A stretch of DNA of 64,000 nucleotides from NCBI GenBank assembly GCA_963677925.2, contig CAXXYH010000004.1, positions 2,176,001 through 2,240,000 on the forward strand, given 5' to 3'. The stretch's first letter is position 1. Each line of letters begins with the position of its first letter. Shown here in pieces: positions 1 through 9,842 of the stretch. The notes under the pieces are model-generated. The model was not told where the DNA came from. It searched no databases and saw nothing but the letters and a program-made list of their open reading frames with translations. A program made the position numbers and the translations under genes. This DNA comes from Spirochaetia bacterium (lineage in GTDB: Bacteria > Spirochaetota > Spirochaetia > UBA9216).

Positions 1-62
1 AAGATAAGGCTGTAGAAGCAAGTGTTATAGAACTAAAAAGAATTGCAGGAATCGTCGGCTAG
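1..62 (+). CDS. 3' end of an upstream CDS (partial), product unknown
   Basis: Open frame DKAVEASVIELKRIAGIVG* ending in TAG at 60-62, overlapping the AGGAGG RBS of the next gene. Confidence 0.55.
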   Translation, partial: DKAVEASVIELKRIAGIVG

Positions 63-71
63 GAGGCAGAA

Positions 72-1229
72 ATGAAATCCATGAACATTGGGCTTATAGG
101 TTACAAATTTATGGGTAAAGCTCACAGTAATGCCTGGAGAAATTCACCCTTATTTTTCGATATGGAACTTAAGCCGGCAATGAAGGTTGTCTGCGGCCGC
201 CATGAAGAAGCTGTCAAAGAATTTGCAGAGCACTGGGGCTGGGAAGAAACTGAAACAGATTGGAAAAAGGTCGTTGCACGGGAAGATATTGATATAATTG
301 ATATTGCCGTTCCTCAGCACCTGCATTATGAAATTGCCATTACAGCGCTTAAAGCCGGTAAACATGTTTTTTGTGAGAAGCCGCTTGCTATGAATTTAGA
401 GCAGGCCAGAGAAATGGCTGATCTTGCTGCAAAAAGCGGTAAAGTAAATTATGTTAACCATAATTACAGACGCTGCCCGGCAATACAGCTTGCAAAGCAG
501 ATGATCGATGAGGGAAAAATAGGACGTATCTTTCACTGGAGGGGAGCATATCTGCAGGACTGGATTGTGGATCCCGATTTTCCGCTTACATGGCATCTGC
601 AGGCTGAGCGTGCAGGAATGGGGCCTCAAGGTGATTTAAACTCTCACAGCCTCGATCTGGCCAGGTTTCTGGTTGGTGATGTTGAAAGTGTCAACTGCAT
701 GACCGCTAATTTTATCACAGAGAGAGCTTTACCGGATGAAGCTGCCTCAGGTACATTCAGCGGGGCTGCAGGAGAAAGTGGAAAGAAAGGAAAAGTCACA
801 GTAGAAGATGCTGCATTTATGACGGTTCGTTTTAAAAATGGTGCTCTCGGTTCATTTGAGACTACAAGATTTGCCCCCGGGCGGAAAAACTATAATTATT
901 TTGAAATATATGGAAGCAAGGGCTCTCTTGTTTTTAATCTGGAAAGAATGAACGAGCTTCAGTATTTTAACCGTGAAGATCCGGATTATCAGCAGGGATT
1001 CAAAACCATACTCGTAACTGAAAGTGTTCATAAATATATTCCGGCATGGTGGCCGCCAGGACATATAATTGGATATGAACATGAATTTCACCATGCTGTT
1101 GTCGATTTTATGTCGGCGATAAATACCGGCAGTGAAATTCGTCCAAATTTTCATGACGGAATGAAAGAACTTGAGATACTGGAAGCCGGATTGAGATCTG
1201 CTAAAGAGGGGCGAGAGATTCAACTCTGA
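72..1229 (+). CDS. Gfo/Idh/MocA family oxidoreductase
   Basis: N-terminal Rossmann IGLIGYKFMG, CEKP motif, AGGAGG RBS. Confidence 0.92.
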   Translation: MKSMNIGLIGYKFMGKAHSNAWRNSPLFFDMELKPAMKVVCGRHEEAVKEFAEHWGWEETETDWKKVVAREDIDIIDIAVPQHLHYEIAITALKAGKHVFCEKPLAMNLEQAREMADLAAKSGKVNYVNHNYRRCPAIQLAKQMIDEGKIGRIFHWRGAYLQDWIVDPDFPLTWHLQAERAGMGPQGDLNSHSLDLARFLVGDVESVNCMTANFITERALPDEAASGTFSGAAGESGKKGKVTVEDAAFMTVRFKNGALGSFETTRFAPGRKNYNYFEIYGSKGSLVFNLERMNELQYFNREDPDYQQGFKTILVTESVHKYIPAWWPPGHIIGYEHEFHHAVVDFMSAINTGSEIRPNFHDGMKELEILEAGLRSAKEGREIQL

Positions 1230-1455
1230 CTGAATACACTGTATTGCGGTATGAAATTGCTGATATGTCTTAGACTTTTTTTATACCGCGATATTGCTGT
1301 AGTTATGATGAGAGTTACAGTAACTTTTGCCTGATTATTTTACATCTCTTCTGTTTTTAACATAAATAGATAGAAATTTTATTTAATGTGGATTTAACGG
1401 GAGAGCTGTGTCCGGAAGAAAAGCGAGTAGATGCTTAAAGCTAAAGGAAGGTATT

Positions 1456-2940
1456 ATGCCGAAATTGCTTGAAATGCAGGACATCTGTAAGAGTTTTTAC
1501 GGGGTTGAGGTTCTGCATTCAATTGATTTTAGTGTCGACAGGGGTGAAATCAGAGCTGTCTGCGGAGAAAACGGTGCCGGTAAATCAACCTTGATGAAGG
1601 TTTTATCAGGTGTTTACGAACAGGATAGAGGTGACATCTTTCTTAATGGGGCCGCTGTCAGTAATTCAGCCGGACCGCTGGAAATGCAGTCATTCGGAGT
1701 TTCAATGATTCATCAGGAGCTGAATCTTTTTGATGATCTGAGTGTTGCTCAGAATATTTTTCTGTGCAGGGAACCTAAATTAAAAAGCGGTCTGATAGAT
1801 TTTAACAGGATGAATCAGGATGCTGCAGAGCTGCTGGACAGGCTTGGGCAGAAAATTCATCCGAGAACGCAGGTTCGTGATTTGAAAATTGCCCAGAAAC
1901 AGATGATTGAAATTGCAAAAGCAATTTCATTCAATGTAGAGCTTCTCATAATGGATGAACCGACAGCTGTACTTACAGGAAAAGAGACCGAAATAATGTT
2001 TAATCTGATGCGGACTCTCTGCAGCGAAGGAATTGCGATCATCTATATATCCCATAGATTGAAAGAAATCACAGAAGTATGTCACTCGGTTACGATACTC
2101 CGTGACGGTTCCTATATAGATACCCAGCGGGTAAGCGATCTTACTGAGAAGAAAATTGCTGCGATGATGGTCGGCAGGGAAGTGCAGGAGTCAAGTGTCG
2201 GCGATTTTAACGGTGAACCTGAAGATGTGATTCTTGAAGTAAGAAATGTATCAGATAGTATGCTCAAAGATCTCAGTTTTACGCTTCGCAGAGGAGAAAT
2301 AATTTGTTTCAGCGGGCTTGTCGGTGCAGGCAGAACAGAATTGATGGAGGTGATATTCGGCATACGGAAGTCTGAACGCGGAGAAATCTTGATTAATGGA
2401 AAACCCGTTTCAGTGAAAAGCCCTATAGATTCAATAAAAGCAGGTATAGGTTTGGTCACCGAGGATCGTAAAAATACAGGACTTGTTTTATGCCGGGATA
2501 TTACAGAAAACACAAATTACGTTTACTGGCGTAAAAATAAGGGCGTTTTCAGGAATCAAAAAAGAACCAGGCATAATACTTCGACCTTGATGAAGCGTAT
2601 GAATATCCGGAGTACCGGATCTGCACAGACCGTTGCAACACTAAGCGGCGGCAACCAGCAGAAGGTTGCTCTGGCAAAATGGCTACTGAGTGATGCAAAG
2701 GTTCTGATACTTGATGAACCTACAAGGGGTGTCGATGTTGGAGCGAGACAGGAAATCTATCAGATAATCAGAGAGCTTGCTGAAAGCGGTATTGGAATAA
2801 TAGTAGTTTCATCAGATATGCAGGAGGTTATGTGCATCAGCCAAAGGGTAATTGTAATGCATGAAGGCCGGAAAACTGGTGAACTTTCATGTTCTGAACT
2901 TGACGAAGAAAAAATTATGTTTCTTGCAACGAATGTATAG
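1456..2940 (+). CDS. Sugar ABC transporter ATP-binding protein (CUT2, RbsA/MglA-like)
   Basis: Walker A GENGAGKS, tandem ABC domains, LSGGNQQK, DEPT; ATG at 1456 after AAGGAAGG preferred over GTG at 1408. Confidence 0.93.
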   Translation: MPKLLEMQDICKSFYGVEVLHSIDFSVDRGEIRAVCGENGAGKSTLMKVLSGVYEQDRGDIFLNGAAVSNSAGPLEMQSFGVSMIHQELNLFDDLSVAQNIFLCREPKLKSGLIDFNRMNQDAAELLDRLGQKIHPRTQVRDLKIAQKQMIEIAKAISFNVELLIMDEPTAVLTGKETEIMFNLMRTLCSEGIAIIYISHRLKEITEVCHSVTILRDGSYIDTQRVSDLTEKKIAAMMVGREVQESSVGDFNGEPEDVILEVRNVSDSMLKDLSFTLRRGEIICFSGLVGAGRTELMEVIFGIRKSERGEILINGKPVSVKSPIDSIKAGIGLVTEDRKNTGLVLCRDITENTNYVYWRKNKGVFRNQKRTRHNTSTLMKRMNIRSTGSAQTVATLSGGNQQKVALAKWLLSDAKVLILDEPTRGVDVGARQEIYQIIRELAESGIGIIVVSSDMQEVMCISQRVIVMHEGRKTGELSCSELDEEKIMFLATNV

Positions 2941-2948
2941 CGGAGAGA

Positions 2949-3935
2949 TTGATGGAAGAAATAAAACGAAGAAAAAAATTGGGTTTCCTGGCAATGTGGA
3001 TTTGGAAAAAATACAGTATTTTGGTGGTCTTTGTTGTTATTCTGATTATTTGCGGAATAGCAGCACCCCGTTTCCTTCGTCCCAATAATTTACTGAATAT
3101 ATTAAGAAATACATCCATTGTGGGTATTATTGCTCTGGGCATGACATTTGTCATCATTGCGGGAGGTATTGATTTATCAAGCGGACCTGTTCTTGCGACT
3201 TCCGGAGCAGCTCTGATTGCACTGCAGAAAATGGTAACCGAAACCGGAGAGCCGGCGCTGCCGTTGATTGTGCCGATTATAGTCTGTCTCCTGGTTTCCA
3301 CGTCTATTGGTTTTGCCAACGGATTGATAATTACAAAAGCAAAACTTCCTCCTTTTATAGTAACCCTTGCAGTAGGAATAATCGCACGTTCAGTTGTTAT
3401 GTATTTCTGCCGCGGAGCTACAATAATGGGAAACAAAATTCCGGAATTTACAAATATTGGAAATGGAGCCATTCTCGGAATTCCCATACCGTTCATTTTA
3501 GCAATAATTCTTGCTGTGATTCTTCACATTTCATTGACCCGCTCCAAGTTCGGAACCTATGTATTCGCTGTCGGTGGGAATGAGAATGCTGCAAGATATT
3601 CGGGCATTAAAGTCGACCGAATAAAGATAGTGACATATATGATTGTAGGATTCTGTACCGGATTAGCTGCAATTATTGAGATGTCAAGGATGGCAGCGGT
3701 TGCAGCTACCTCTTCCGGAATGCAGTATGAATTTGAAGCTATTACCGCTGTAATCGTCGGAGGAACCTCGCTTTCAGGCGGTAAAGGCAGATTAATAGGT
3801 ACTATAGTTGGATTTATTATTCTGGGGATTGTTAAAAATATGATGATTATGCTGGATATCTCACCTTATCTTGCCGGTGCCGTTAAGGGGGCAGTCATAC
3901 TTTTTGCAGTTCTTATTCAAAGCAGGGAAAAATAG
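2949..3935 (+). CDS. Sugar ABC transporter permease (RbsC-like)
   Basis: GGIDLS motif, GGNENAARYSGI loop, hydrophobic. Confidence 0.93.
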   Translation: MMEEIKRRKKLGFLAMWIWKKYSILVVFVVILIICGIAAPRFLRPNNLLNILRNTSIVGIIALGMTFVIIAGGIDLSSGPVLATSGAALIALQKMVTETGEPALPLIVPIIVCLLVSTSIGFANGLIITKAKLPPFIVTLAVGIIARSVVMYFCRGATIMGNKIPEFTNIGNGAILGIPIPFILAIILAVILHISLTRSKFGTYVFAVGGNENAARYSGIKVDRIKIVTYMIVGFCTGLAAIIEMSRMAAVAATSSGMQYEFEAITAVIVGGTSLSGGKGRLIGTIVGFIILGIVKNMMIMLDISPYLAGAVKGAVILFAVLIQSREK

Positions 3936-4012
3936 AATCAGTTCCCGTTAGCGGGATAAAATTCCGATTTTACATATTGATCCGGATTTTCTGAGACAAT
4001 GATTAAAGATTT

Positions 4013-4984
4013 ATGGAGGAAGCAAAGATGAAAAAAGCTGTATTTTTATTTTGTACAGTATTGATTCTGACGGCCGGTCTGTCAGTATTCGCCGGGGGCC
4101 AGCAGGATTCTGACATGGGTGATGTGTACAGAGTTGCAGTATCTTTTCCCCCTGCCAATAACTCCTGGCAGGCAAAGATGCTTGATTCTGCTCTTGATGA
4201 GGCGGCAAAGGATACAAGGGAATTTCAGTTCGTAATAAAGAATGCGGTAGACGATGCAGATCAGCTGAATATTCTGACAACATTTAAAGAGGATAATTAT
4301 GACATGATTATCTGTCTGCCTGGTAATGGGACTTTGATGACTCCGATCTGTGAGGAAATTTATGATGCAGGAATTAAACTTATGATTGTTGACAGACCTA
4401 TAGACAGCGATAAATATACTGTTCTGTTAGGAGGTGACAACTATTTGTGCGGTTCAAATGCCGCCCGTTATATAGGGGACAGGCTGAAAGGAAAGGGTGA
4501 TATTGCGATTCTCAGGAGTTATGTCGGAATACCTATAGACCTTGACCGGTATAACGGCTTCATGGATGTAATCAAAAAAGAATATCCAGGCATAAAGGTA
4601 GTTGTAGAAGCAGATGGTGAATTTAACCAGGATGCAGGTCTTAATGCTATGAATAATATACTTCCCGCATATGACAAGATTGATGCTGTCTATTGTCAGG
4701 ATGATGAATCCGCCATTGGAGCCATAACAGCAATTGAAAATGCCGGCAGAAAAGATGTTCAGTTTGTGACCGGTTTCGGCGGCTCTAAAACAGCTTATAA
4801 ATATCTTTCTGAAGGTAATCCAATATTTGGAGCTTCAATGTCGTATTGGCCGACAATGGGCGGCCGGGCTCTCGCTCTGGCAAAGTCAATACTGCGTGGA
4901 GAACCCTTTGAGAAGAAAAATCTGGATCCTACATACGTTGTTACCAAAGACAATGTATCGAAATTTATGGATAACACATACTGA
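4013..4984 (+). CDS. Sugar ABC transporter substrate-binding protein (RbsB-like)
   Basis: Spirochaete-type signal peptide (..VFAGGQQ), periplasmic binding protein class I motifs. Confidence 0.9.
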   Translation: MEEAKMKKAVFLFCTVLILTAGLSVFAGGQQDSDMGDVYRVAVSFPPANNSWQAKMLDSALDEAAKDTREFQFVIKNAVDDADQLNILTTFKEDNYDMIICLPGNGTLMTPICEEIYDAGIKLMIVDRPIDSDKYTVLLGGDNYLCGSNAARYIGDRLKGKGDIAILRSYVGIPIDLDRYNGFMDVIKKEYPGIKVVVEADGEFNQDAGLNAMNNILPAYDKIDAVYCQDDESAIGAITAIENAGRKDVQFVTGFGGSKTAYKYLSEGNPIFGASMSYWPTMGGRALALAKSILRGEPFEKKNLDPTYVVTKDNVSKFMDNTY

Positions 4985-5005
4985 TCGCCTGAGTAAAACT
5001 CATTA

Positions 5006-5042
5006 GCTCAGGCGTTCCGTAACTGCCTGAGCATTCATTTTT
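5006..5042 (+). terminator. Probable intrinsic terminator
   Basis: GCTCAGGC...GCCTGAGC stem followed by a T-rich tail after the operon's last gene. Confidence 0.6.
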
Positions 5043-5126
5043 CAGACTAAATTAATTCACCTGTTTTCTAATATAAAACAAAACAATAATAAAAAAGGTA
5101 AAATGATAATAAAAAACAATGAAATA

Positions 5127-5155
5127 TTGACTTGGCTCGGTTAAAGTGTTAGAAT
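5127..5155 (+). promoter_or_regulatory. sigma70-type promoter
   Basis: TTGACT-N17-TAGAAT upstream of the 5223 CDS. Confidence 0.7.
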
Positions 5156-5222
5156 ATGACAACAAACGTTAATATAAAACAAGTTATGAGGTTATATTTT
5201 AAACACTATATCGGAGGTAATA

Positions 5223-6242
5223 ATGAGTAATAATGTAAATGTGGCTGTGATAGGCTGCGGACGGGCCGGGATGATTCATGCAAGAAATTATGCCGGGTCT
5301 GTCGCCGGATGTCATCTTGCTGCCATGGTCGATCCGGATGAACAGGCAGCTAAGTCCGCAATTGAAGAATTAGGAATCAGCAAATATTATCTCGATTACA
5401 AGGATGCTCTTGGCGACCCCGGAATTGATGCTGTAGTTGTAGTAACGCCTACTGCATACCATAAAGATATAGTGGTGAATGCAGCTTCGGCTGGAAAGCA
5501 TGTCCTTTGTGAAAAACCAATGGCGATGACTGAATCAGAATGCAGCCTTATGATTGATGCCTGTGAAAAAGCAGATGTAAAACTACAGCTGGCATTTATG
5601 AGGCGCTTTGATGAGAGCTTTCAGTATGCAAAGGAAAGAATTGATACCGGAGAAATCGGGGATATTGTATGTGTAAAATCTCTCACTCATGGGCCGTCAA
5701 TTCCGAAGCCATGGATGTATGACATAAAAAAAAGCAATGGTCCCCTGGCCGAAGTCAGCTCTCATGATATTGACGCACTTCACTGGTACAGCGGCAGCTA
5801 CATCAGTGAAGTATATGCAGTGGCTGGAAACTATAGATGTCCGGAAGCTGTCGATGAGTATCCGGACTTCTATGATAATGTCCTTATGAATTGCCGCTTT
5901 AGAAGCGGTGCACAGGGGCTGGTAGACGGAGCACAGGGTGTGCAGTACGGTTATGATTCCAGAGTCGAAATTCTGGGAACAAAGGGGATTATTCATATAG
6001 GAAAGAACCAGAATTACAGTGTTCTTACCTGCAGTCCTGAAGGTATAAGGACCCCTTTTGTAAAAAGCTGGCAGAACCTTTTTATTGACGCATACAGAAG
6101 AGAAGACCAGGCATTTGTGGACTGTATCCGAAATGATACTCAGCCGGTAGTTACCGGAAGGGACGGACTGGAAGCTGTAAAAGTTGTAAATGCAGGAAAT
6201 AAATCTATTATTGAAAAAAGACCCGTAGTATTGGAGGATTAA
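5223..6242 (+). CDS. Gfo/Idh/MocA oxidoreductase (inositol 2-dehydrogenase-like)
   Basis: GCGRAG Rossmann, CEKP, FMRRFD, HDID motifs. Confidence 0.88.
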   Translation: MSNNVNVAVIGCGRAGMIHARNYAGSVAGCHLAAMVDPDEQAAKSAIEELGISKYYLDYKDALGDPGIDAVVVVTPTAYHKDIVVNAASAGKHVLCEKPMAMTESECSLMIDACEKADVKLQLAFMRRFDESFQYAKERIDTGEIGDIVCVKSLTHGPSIPKPWMYDIKKSNGPLAEVSSHDIDALHWYSGSYISEVYAVAGNYRCPEAVDEYPDFYDNVLMNCRFRSGAQGLVDGAQGVQYGYDSRVEILGTKGIIHIGKNQNYSVLTCSPEGIRTPFVKSWQNLFIDAYRREDQAFVDCIRNDTQPVVTGRDGLEAVKVVNAGNKSIIEKRPVVLED

Positions 6243-6246
6243 TATA

Positions 6247-7278
6247 ATGAAAGCGGCAAGATTGCACGGTGTAGAAGATATCAGAATTGAAGATGTTCCG
6301 ATACCTCAGATAAATGAACATGAAGTTCTTATAAAAGTATCTGCATCATTTATTTGCGGAACTGATGTACGTTTCTATAAAACAGGGGCACCTTCCGACA
6401 AGCCATTGATAGCCGGCCATGAGGTCGCTGGAGTTATAGAGAAGGTTGGAAGCAGTGTAGAAGGATATAGTTGCGGAATGCGGGTCGGTGTTGCACCTAA
6501 TTACGGATGCGGTGTCTGTGATCTGTGCACTGCTGGAAATTCGCATATGTGCCTGGATTCACAGGCCTTAGGTGTCTCTGTTGACGGAGGATTTGCTGAA
6601 TATATGAGAGTTCCGGCAGCCGCCGTCCGGCAGGGAAATATCAGCATTATAGATGACAATATCAGTTTCAGCGAAGCCGCATTGGCTGAACCTCTATCAT
6701 GTGTATACAATGCTTATGAAAAAATTGGTATTTATCCGGGCGATCAAGTTCTGGTCATTGGGGCAGGTCCTATCGGAATGATGCATGTCAGAGTTGCTTT
6801 GCTTGCAGGAGCTTCCAGGGTTTATATTACTGATATAAGCAGTGAAAGACTGGAGCTGGCAAAGACCCTTGTCCCGGATGTTGTAACGATTCCTTCAGAT
6901 CAGCTTGATACTGCAGTGTCTGATTATACCGGCGGCCGTTTAATGAATCTGGTAATCACAGCAGCCTCTGTTCCGGCTATTCAGGAATCTGCTTTCAGCT
7001 ATGCCGGATTAAACGGAAGAATTATGTTTTTCGGAGGGCTTCCCAAAGGAAAATCAGCAGTCCGTCTGGATACCAATGAGATACACTATAAACAGCTTAC
7101 TGTAGCAGGAACGACAAGGCAGAGTCTGCGTCAGTACCGTCAGTGCCTGAAACTTATATCGTCAGGGCGTTTAAAAGTTTCAGATCTTATTACATCAAGT
7201 TCTTCGCTAGATAAGATCGAACAGGTCATAAAAGATGTGGCGGCCGGAAAGGGTTTAAAGAGTGTGATAACCGTTTAA
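6247..7278 (+). CDS. Zinc-dependent polyol dehydrogenase (MDR family, sorbitol/iditol DH-like)
   Basis: ICGTD, GHE, CGVCDLC..C structural Zn site, GAGPIG. Confidence 0.9.
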   Translation: MKAARLHGVEDIRIEDVPIPQINEHEVLIKVSASFICGTDVRFYKTGAPSDKPLIAGHEVAGVIEKVGSSVEGYSCGMRVGVAPNYGCGVCDLCTAGNSHMCLDSQALGVSVDGGFAEYMRVPAAAVRQGNISIIDDNISFSEAALAEPLSCVYNAYEKIGIYPGDQVLVIGAGPIGMMHVRVALLAGASRVYITDISSERLELAKTLVPDVVTIPSDQLDTAVSDYTGGRLMNLVITAASVPAIQESAFSYAGLNGRIMFFGGLPKGKSAVRLDTNEIHYKQLTVAGTTRQSLRQYRQCLKLISSGRLKVSDLITSSSSLDKIEQVIKDVAAGKGLKSVITV

Positions 7279-7315
7279 AATTAAACCTGGAGCAGAACCA
7301 GAGAAAAAGAGGGTA

Positions 7316-8833
7316 TTGTGTATGGTGCAAGATTTACTTTTAGGCATTGATATTGGAACACAGGGGGTTAAAGCTTCTCTATTTGATTCATCAGGAACCT
7401 GTCGAGGTTCAGCATTTATACCATCCAGACTGCATCAGCCGGCTCCCGGTGTTACCGAGGAGGAGCCGGAATTTCAGCTTGATTCTGTCTGCAGGTCAAT
7501 TTCAGAATGTCTTAAGTCTCTTACTGAATTGGATAAAAAGGCCGTCAGATGTATAGCTATAGATGGTCAGATGGCTGGTATTATAGGAATAGATGAAGAC
7601 GGAAAAGCCCTTACTCCTTATGACTCCTGGCTGGATACTCGCTGTGCACCCTACATTGAAAAATTAAAAAACGCTGCCGAAGAGGAAATCATTAAAAAAA
7701 CCGGTAATCCCCCAAGTTTCAATCACGGCCCGAAAATTCTCTGGTGGAAGCATGAACGAAAGGATGTATATAAGCAGGTGGCTTCCTTTGTTCAGCCCGG
7801 CGGTTATGCTGCAATGCGGCTCTGCGGTTTGAAAGGGAAGGATGCATTCATCGATAAAACCTACCTTCATTTTTCCGGTTTTGCGGACAACCGAAACGCC
7901 CGCTGGGATGAGGATTTACTAAGATTATTTGATGTAGAGGTCTCGAAACTACCCCGTATTGTATCCAGCACTGAAATCATAGGTACAATGACAAAGGAAA
8001 TGTCTTTAAGATGCGGTCTGCCTGCTCCTGTTCCTGTAGCTGCAGGCTGCGGTGATACCGCTGCATCATTTCTATCCTGCGGTGCTGTCAAACCCGGAAT
8101 ATGTATTGATGTCGCAGGTACAGCCAGTGTTTTCGCCGCTACAACAGATCGATTCTCCTGCGATCTGAAGTATCAGGCCATGGGCTGCGGAGCATCGGTT
8201 ACTGAGGGACTATGGCATCCCTATGCCTATATTAATGGCGGAGGTATGAATGTTGAGTGGTTTCTTTCTGAAATCATGGGAAGGGATAAGTCAGACCCGG
8301 AAAGGTTTCGCGGCCTTGACAACGAACAACCTGACCTGAGAGATGATTCTCCCATGTTCATTCCACATATGTCCGGCAGGGTGAGTCCCAGTCAGCCTGC
8401 TCTGAAGGGGACTTTTTCAGATCTAAGCTGGCGGCACCGCAGTATTGATATGTTTTTTGCTGTAATGGAGGCTGTAGCTCTTGAATATGGTATTTACCGG
8501 GATGCCCTTGAATCAATGTTACCCGGATATTCTATATCTGAAATGAGAATTACCGGAGGGGGGGAGCGGAACACTGCATGGAAGCTGATGAAATCAGGAG
8601 TCCTTCAGGTTCCAGTTGTCTCAATCAACCAGAATTACGGGGCTCCTATGGGGGCTGCGATTGTAGCAGGCGCAGCCTGTGGAATTCTTACGTCCGCTGG
8701 AAATGCAGCTGAATCATGGATCTCAACCAAAGATGCTGTCATCTGTGAAGCGGAGTACTACAGTCATTTTGAAAAAAGGCTCAAAAAATATCGGCGTCTG
8801 CTTGATACTATGAACAATTTTTACTCAAATTAG
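7316..8833 (+). CDS. FGGY-family carbohydrate kinase (xylulokinase-like)
   Basis: LGIDIGTQG, WLDTR, GD, ITGGG motifs; start may be ATG at 7322. Confidence 0.9.
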   Translation: MCMVQDLLLGIDIGTQGVKASLFDSSGTCRGSAFIPSRLHQPAPGVTEEEPEFQLDSVCRSISECLKSLTELDKKAVRCIAIDGQMAGIIGIDEDGKALTPYDSWLDTRCAPYIEKLKNAAEEEIIKKTGNPPSFNHGPKILWWKHERKDVYKQVASFVQPGGYAAMRLCGLKGKDAFIDKTYLHFSGFADNRNARWDEDLLRLFDVEVSKLPRIVSSTEIIGTMTKEMSLRCGLPAPVPVAAGCGDTAASFLSCGAVKPGICIDVAGTASVFAATTDRFSCDLKYQAMGCGASVTEGLWHPYAYINGGGMNVEWFLSEIMGRDKSDPERFRGLDNEQPDLRDDSPMFIPHMSGRVSPSQPALKGTFSDLSWRHRSIDMFFAVMEAVALEYGIYRDALESMLPGYSISEMRITGGGERNTAWKLMKSGVLQVPVVSINQNYGAPMGAAIVAGAACGILTSAGNAAESWISTKDAVICEAEYYSHFEKRLKKYRRLLDTMNNFYSN

Positions 8834-8947
8834 TATATTAATACCAGCAGCAGGAGTGAACTGTGCGTTTGTCTTCTGTTATGATATAAATACCCTGAAT
8901 TAAAAACAGGAATAAGTACAGGGTGGACGGAGATAGGATCTATTATT

Positions 8948-9733
8948 ATGGAAAAAGATACTAACCTCTTTGCAGAAGAGCGAAAGAATAAGATTGTTGA
9001 TTATATCAATGAAAGACGCAGAGTTACTGTTCCTGAACTTTGCGAGCATTTTTCGGTTTCAGGTGCTACTATGCGCAATGATCTTCGTGAGCTTGATGAT
9101 TCCGGAATGATTACCCGGACTCATGGCGGCGCAATAAAAAAATCGCGGACCGGATATGAACCCTTAATTGATAATAGATCTCAGCGTAATCTTGATTCTA
9201 AAAAAAAGATAGCGGAAACAGCTCTGCTGGAGATAGAGGATGGAGATACAATAATTCTTGAGACCGGCACAACCGTAAAAGAACTTGCAAAGGTTCTGCA
9301 TCTGAAAAAAAATCTGACAGTAGTCACAAATGATATAACCATAGCAGCCGAGCTTGAAACTCAGGGCACCTGTGAGGTTCTGATGATTGGGGGATTATTG
9401 AGAACAGGGTTCCACTGTACAGTTGGTTACGGCATGTTCTCAAATATCGGGGCTTTGTCTGTTGATAAGGCTTTTTTGGGTACAAACTCTTTCTCTCTGA
9501 AAAAGGGGGCTAGCACCCCCGATCTGTCACAATCTGAAGTGAAAAGGCAAATGATGGAAATTGCTTCAAAAGTTATCATTCTATGTGATCACAGCAAGCT
9601 TGAGACAGATTCTTTTATAAATTTTGCCCCTCCCGATCGTGTGGACCTGATTATTACGGACGAAATCACTGAAGAGCTTCGCCGCCAATACGAAGAAAAG
9701 GATATTGCAATACGAAGTTATTCTTTTAAATAA
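8948..9733 (+). CDS. DeoR/GlpR family transcriptional regulator
   Basis: VSGATMRNDL HTH, RTHGGA, C-terminal sugar-phosphate sensor domain. Confidence 0.93.
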   Translation: MEKDTNLFAEERKNKIVDYINERRRVTVPELCEHFSVSGATMRNDLRELDDSGMITRTHGGAIKKSRTGYEPLIDNRSQRNLDSKKKIAETALLEIEDGDTIILETGTTVKELAKVLHLKKNLTVVTNDITIAAELETQGTCEVLMIGGLLRTGFHCTVGYGMFSNIGALSVDKAFLGTNSFSLKKGASTPDLSQSEVKRQMMEIASKVIILCDHSKLETDSFINFAPPDRVDLIITDEITEELRRQYEEKDIAIRSYSFK

Positions 9734-9759
9734 GAGCACAGATCTTGTTTGTGTTTATC

Positions 9760-9790
9760 TTGACAGCTTACAAATCTGTGTTAGCATAAT
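9760..9790 (+). promoter_or_regulatory. Possible sigma70 promoter
   Basis: TTGACA at 9760 with TAGCAT/CATAAT 16-19 bp downstream. Confidence 0.45.
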
Positions 9791-9842
9791 CTGAAACGTT
9801 TTAGATTGTTTTCGATCTTCTAAAAAACCTTTATAAGATGGA

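Noticed and set aside
3943-3956. TCCCGTTAGCGGGA sharing CGTTAGCGGGA with the 5S gene
   Set aside because: A short isolated intergenic hairpin; chance match is plausible and no other array features are present
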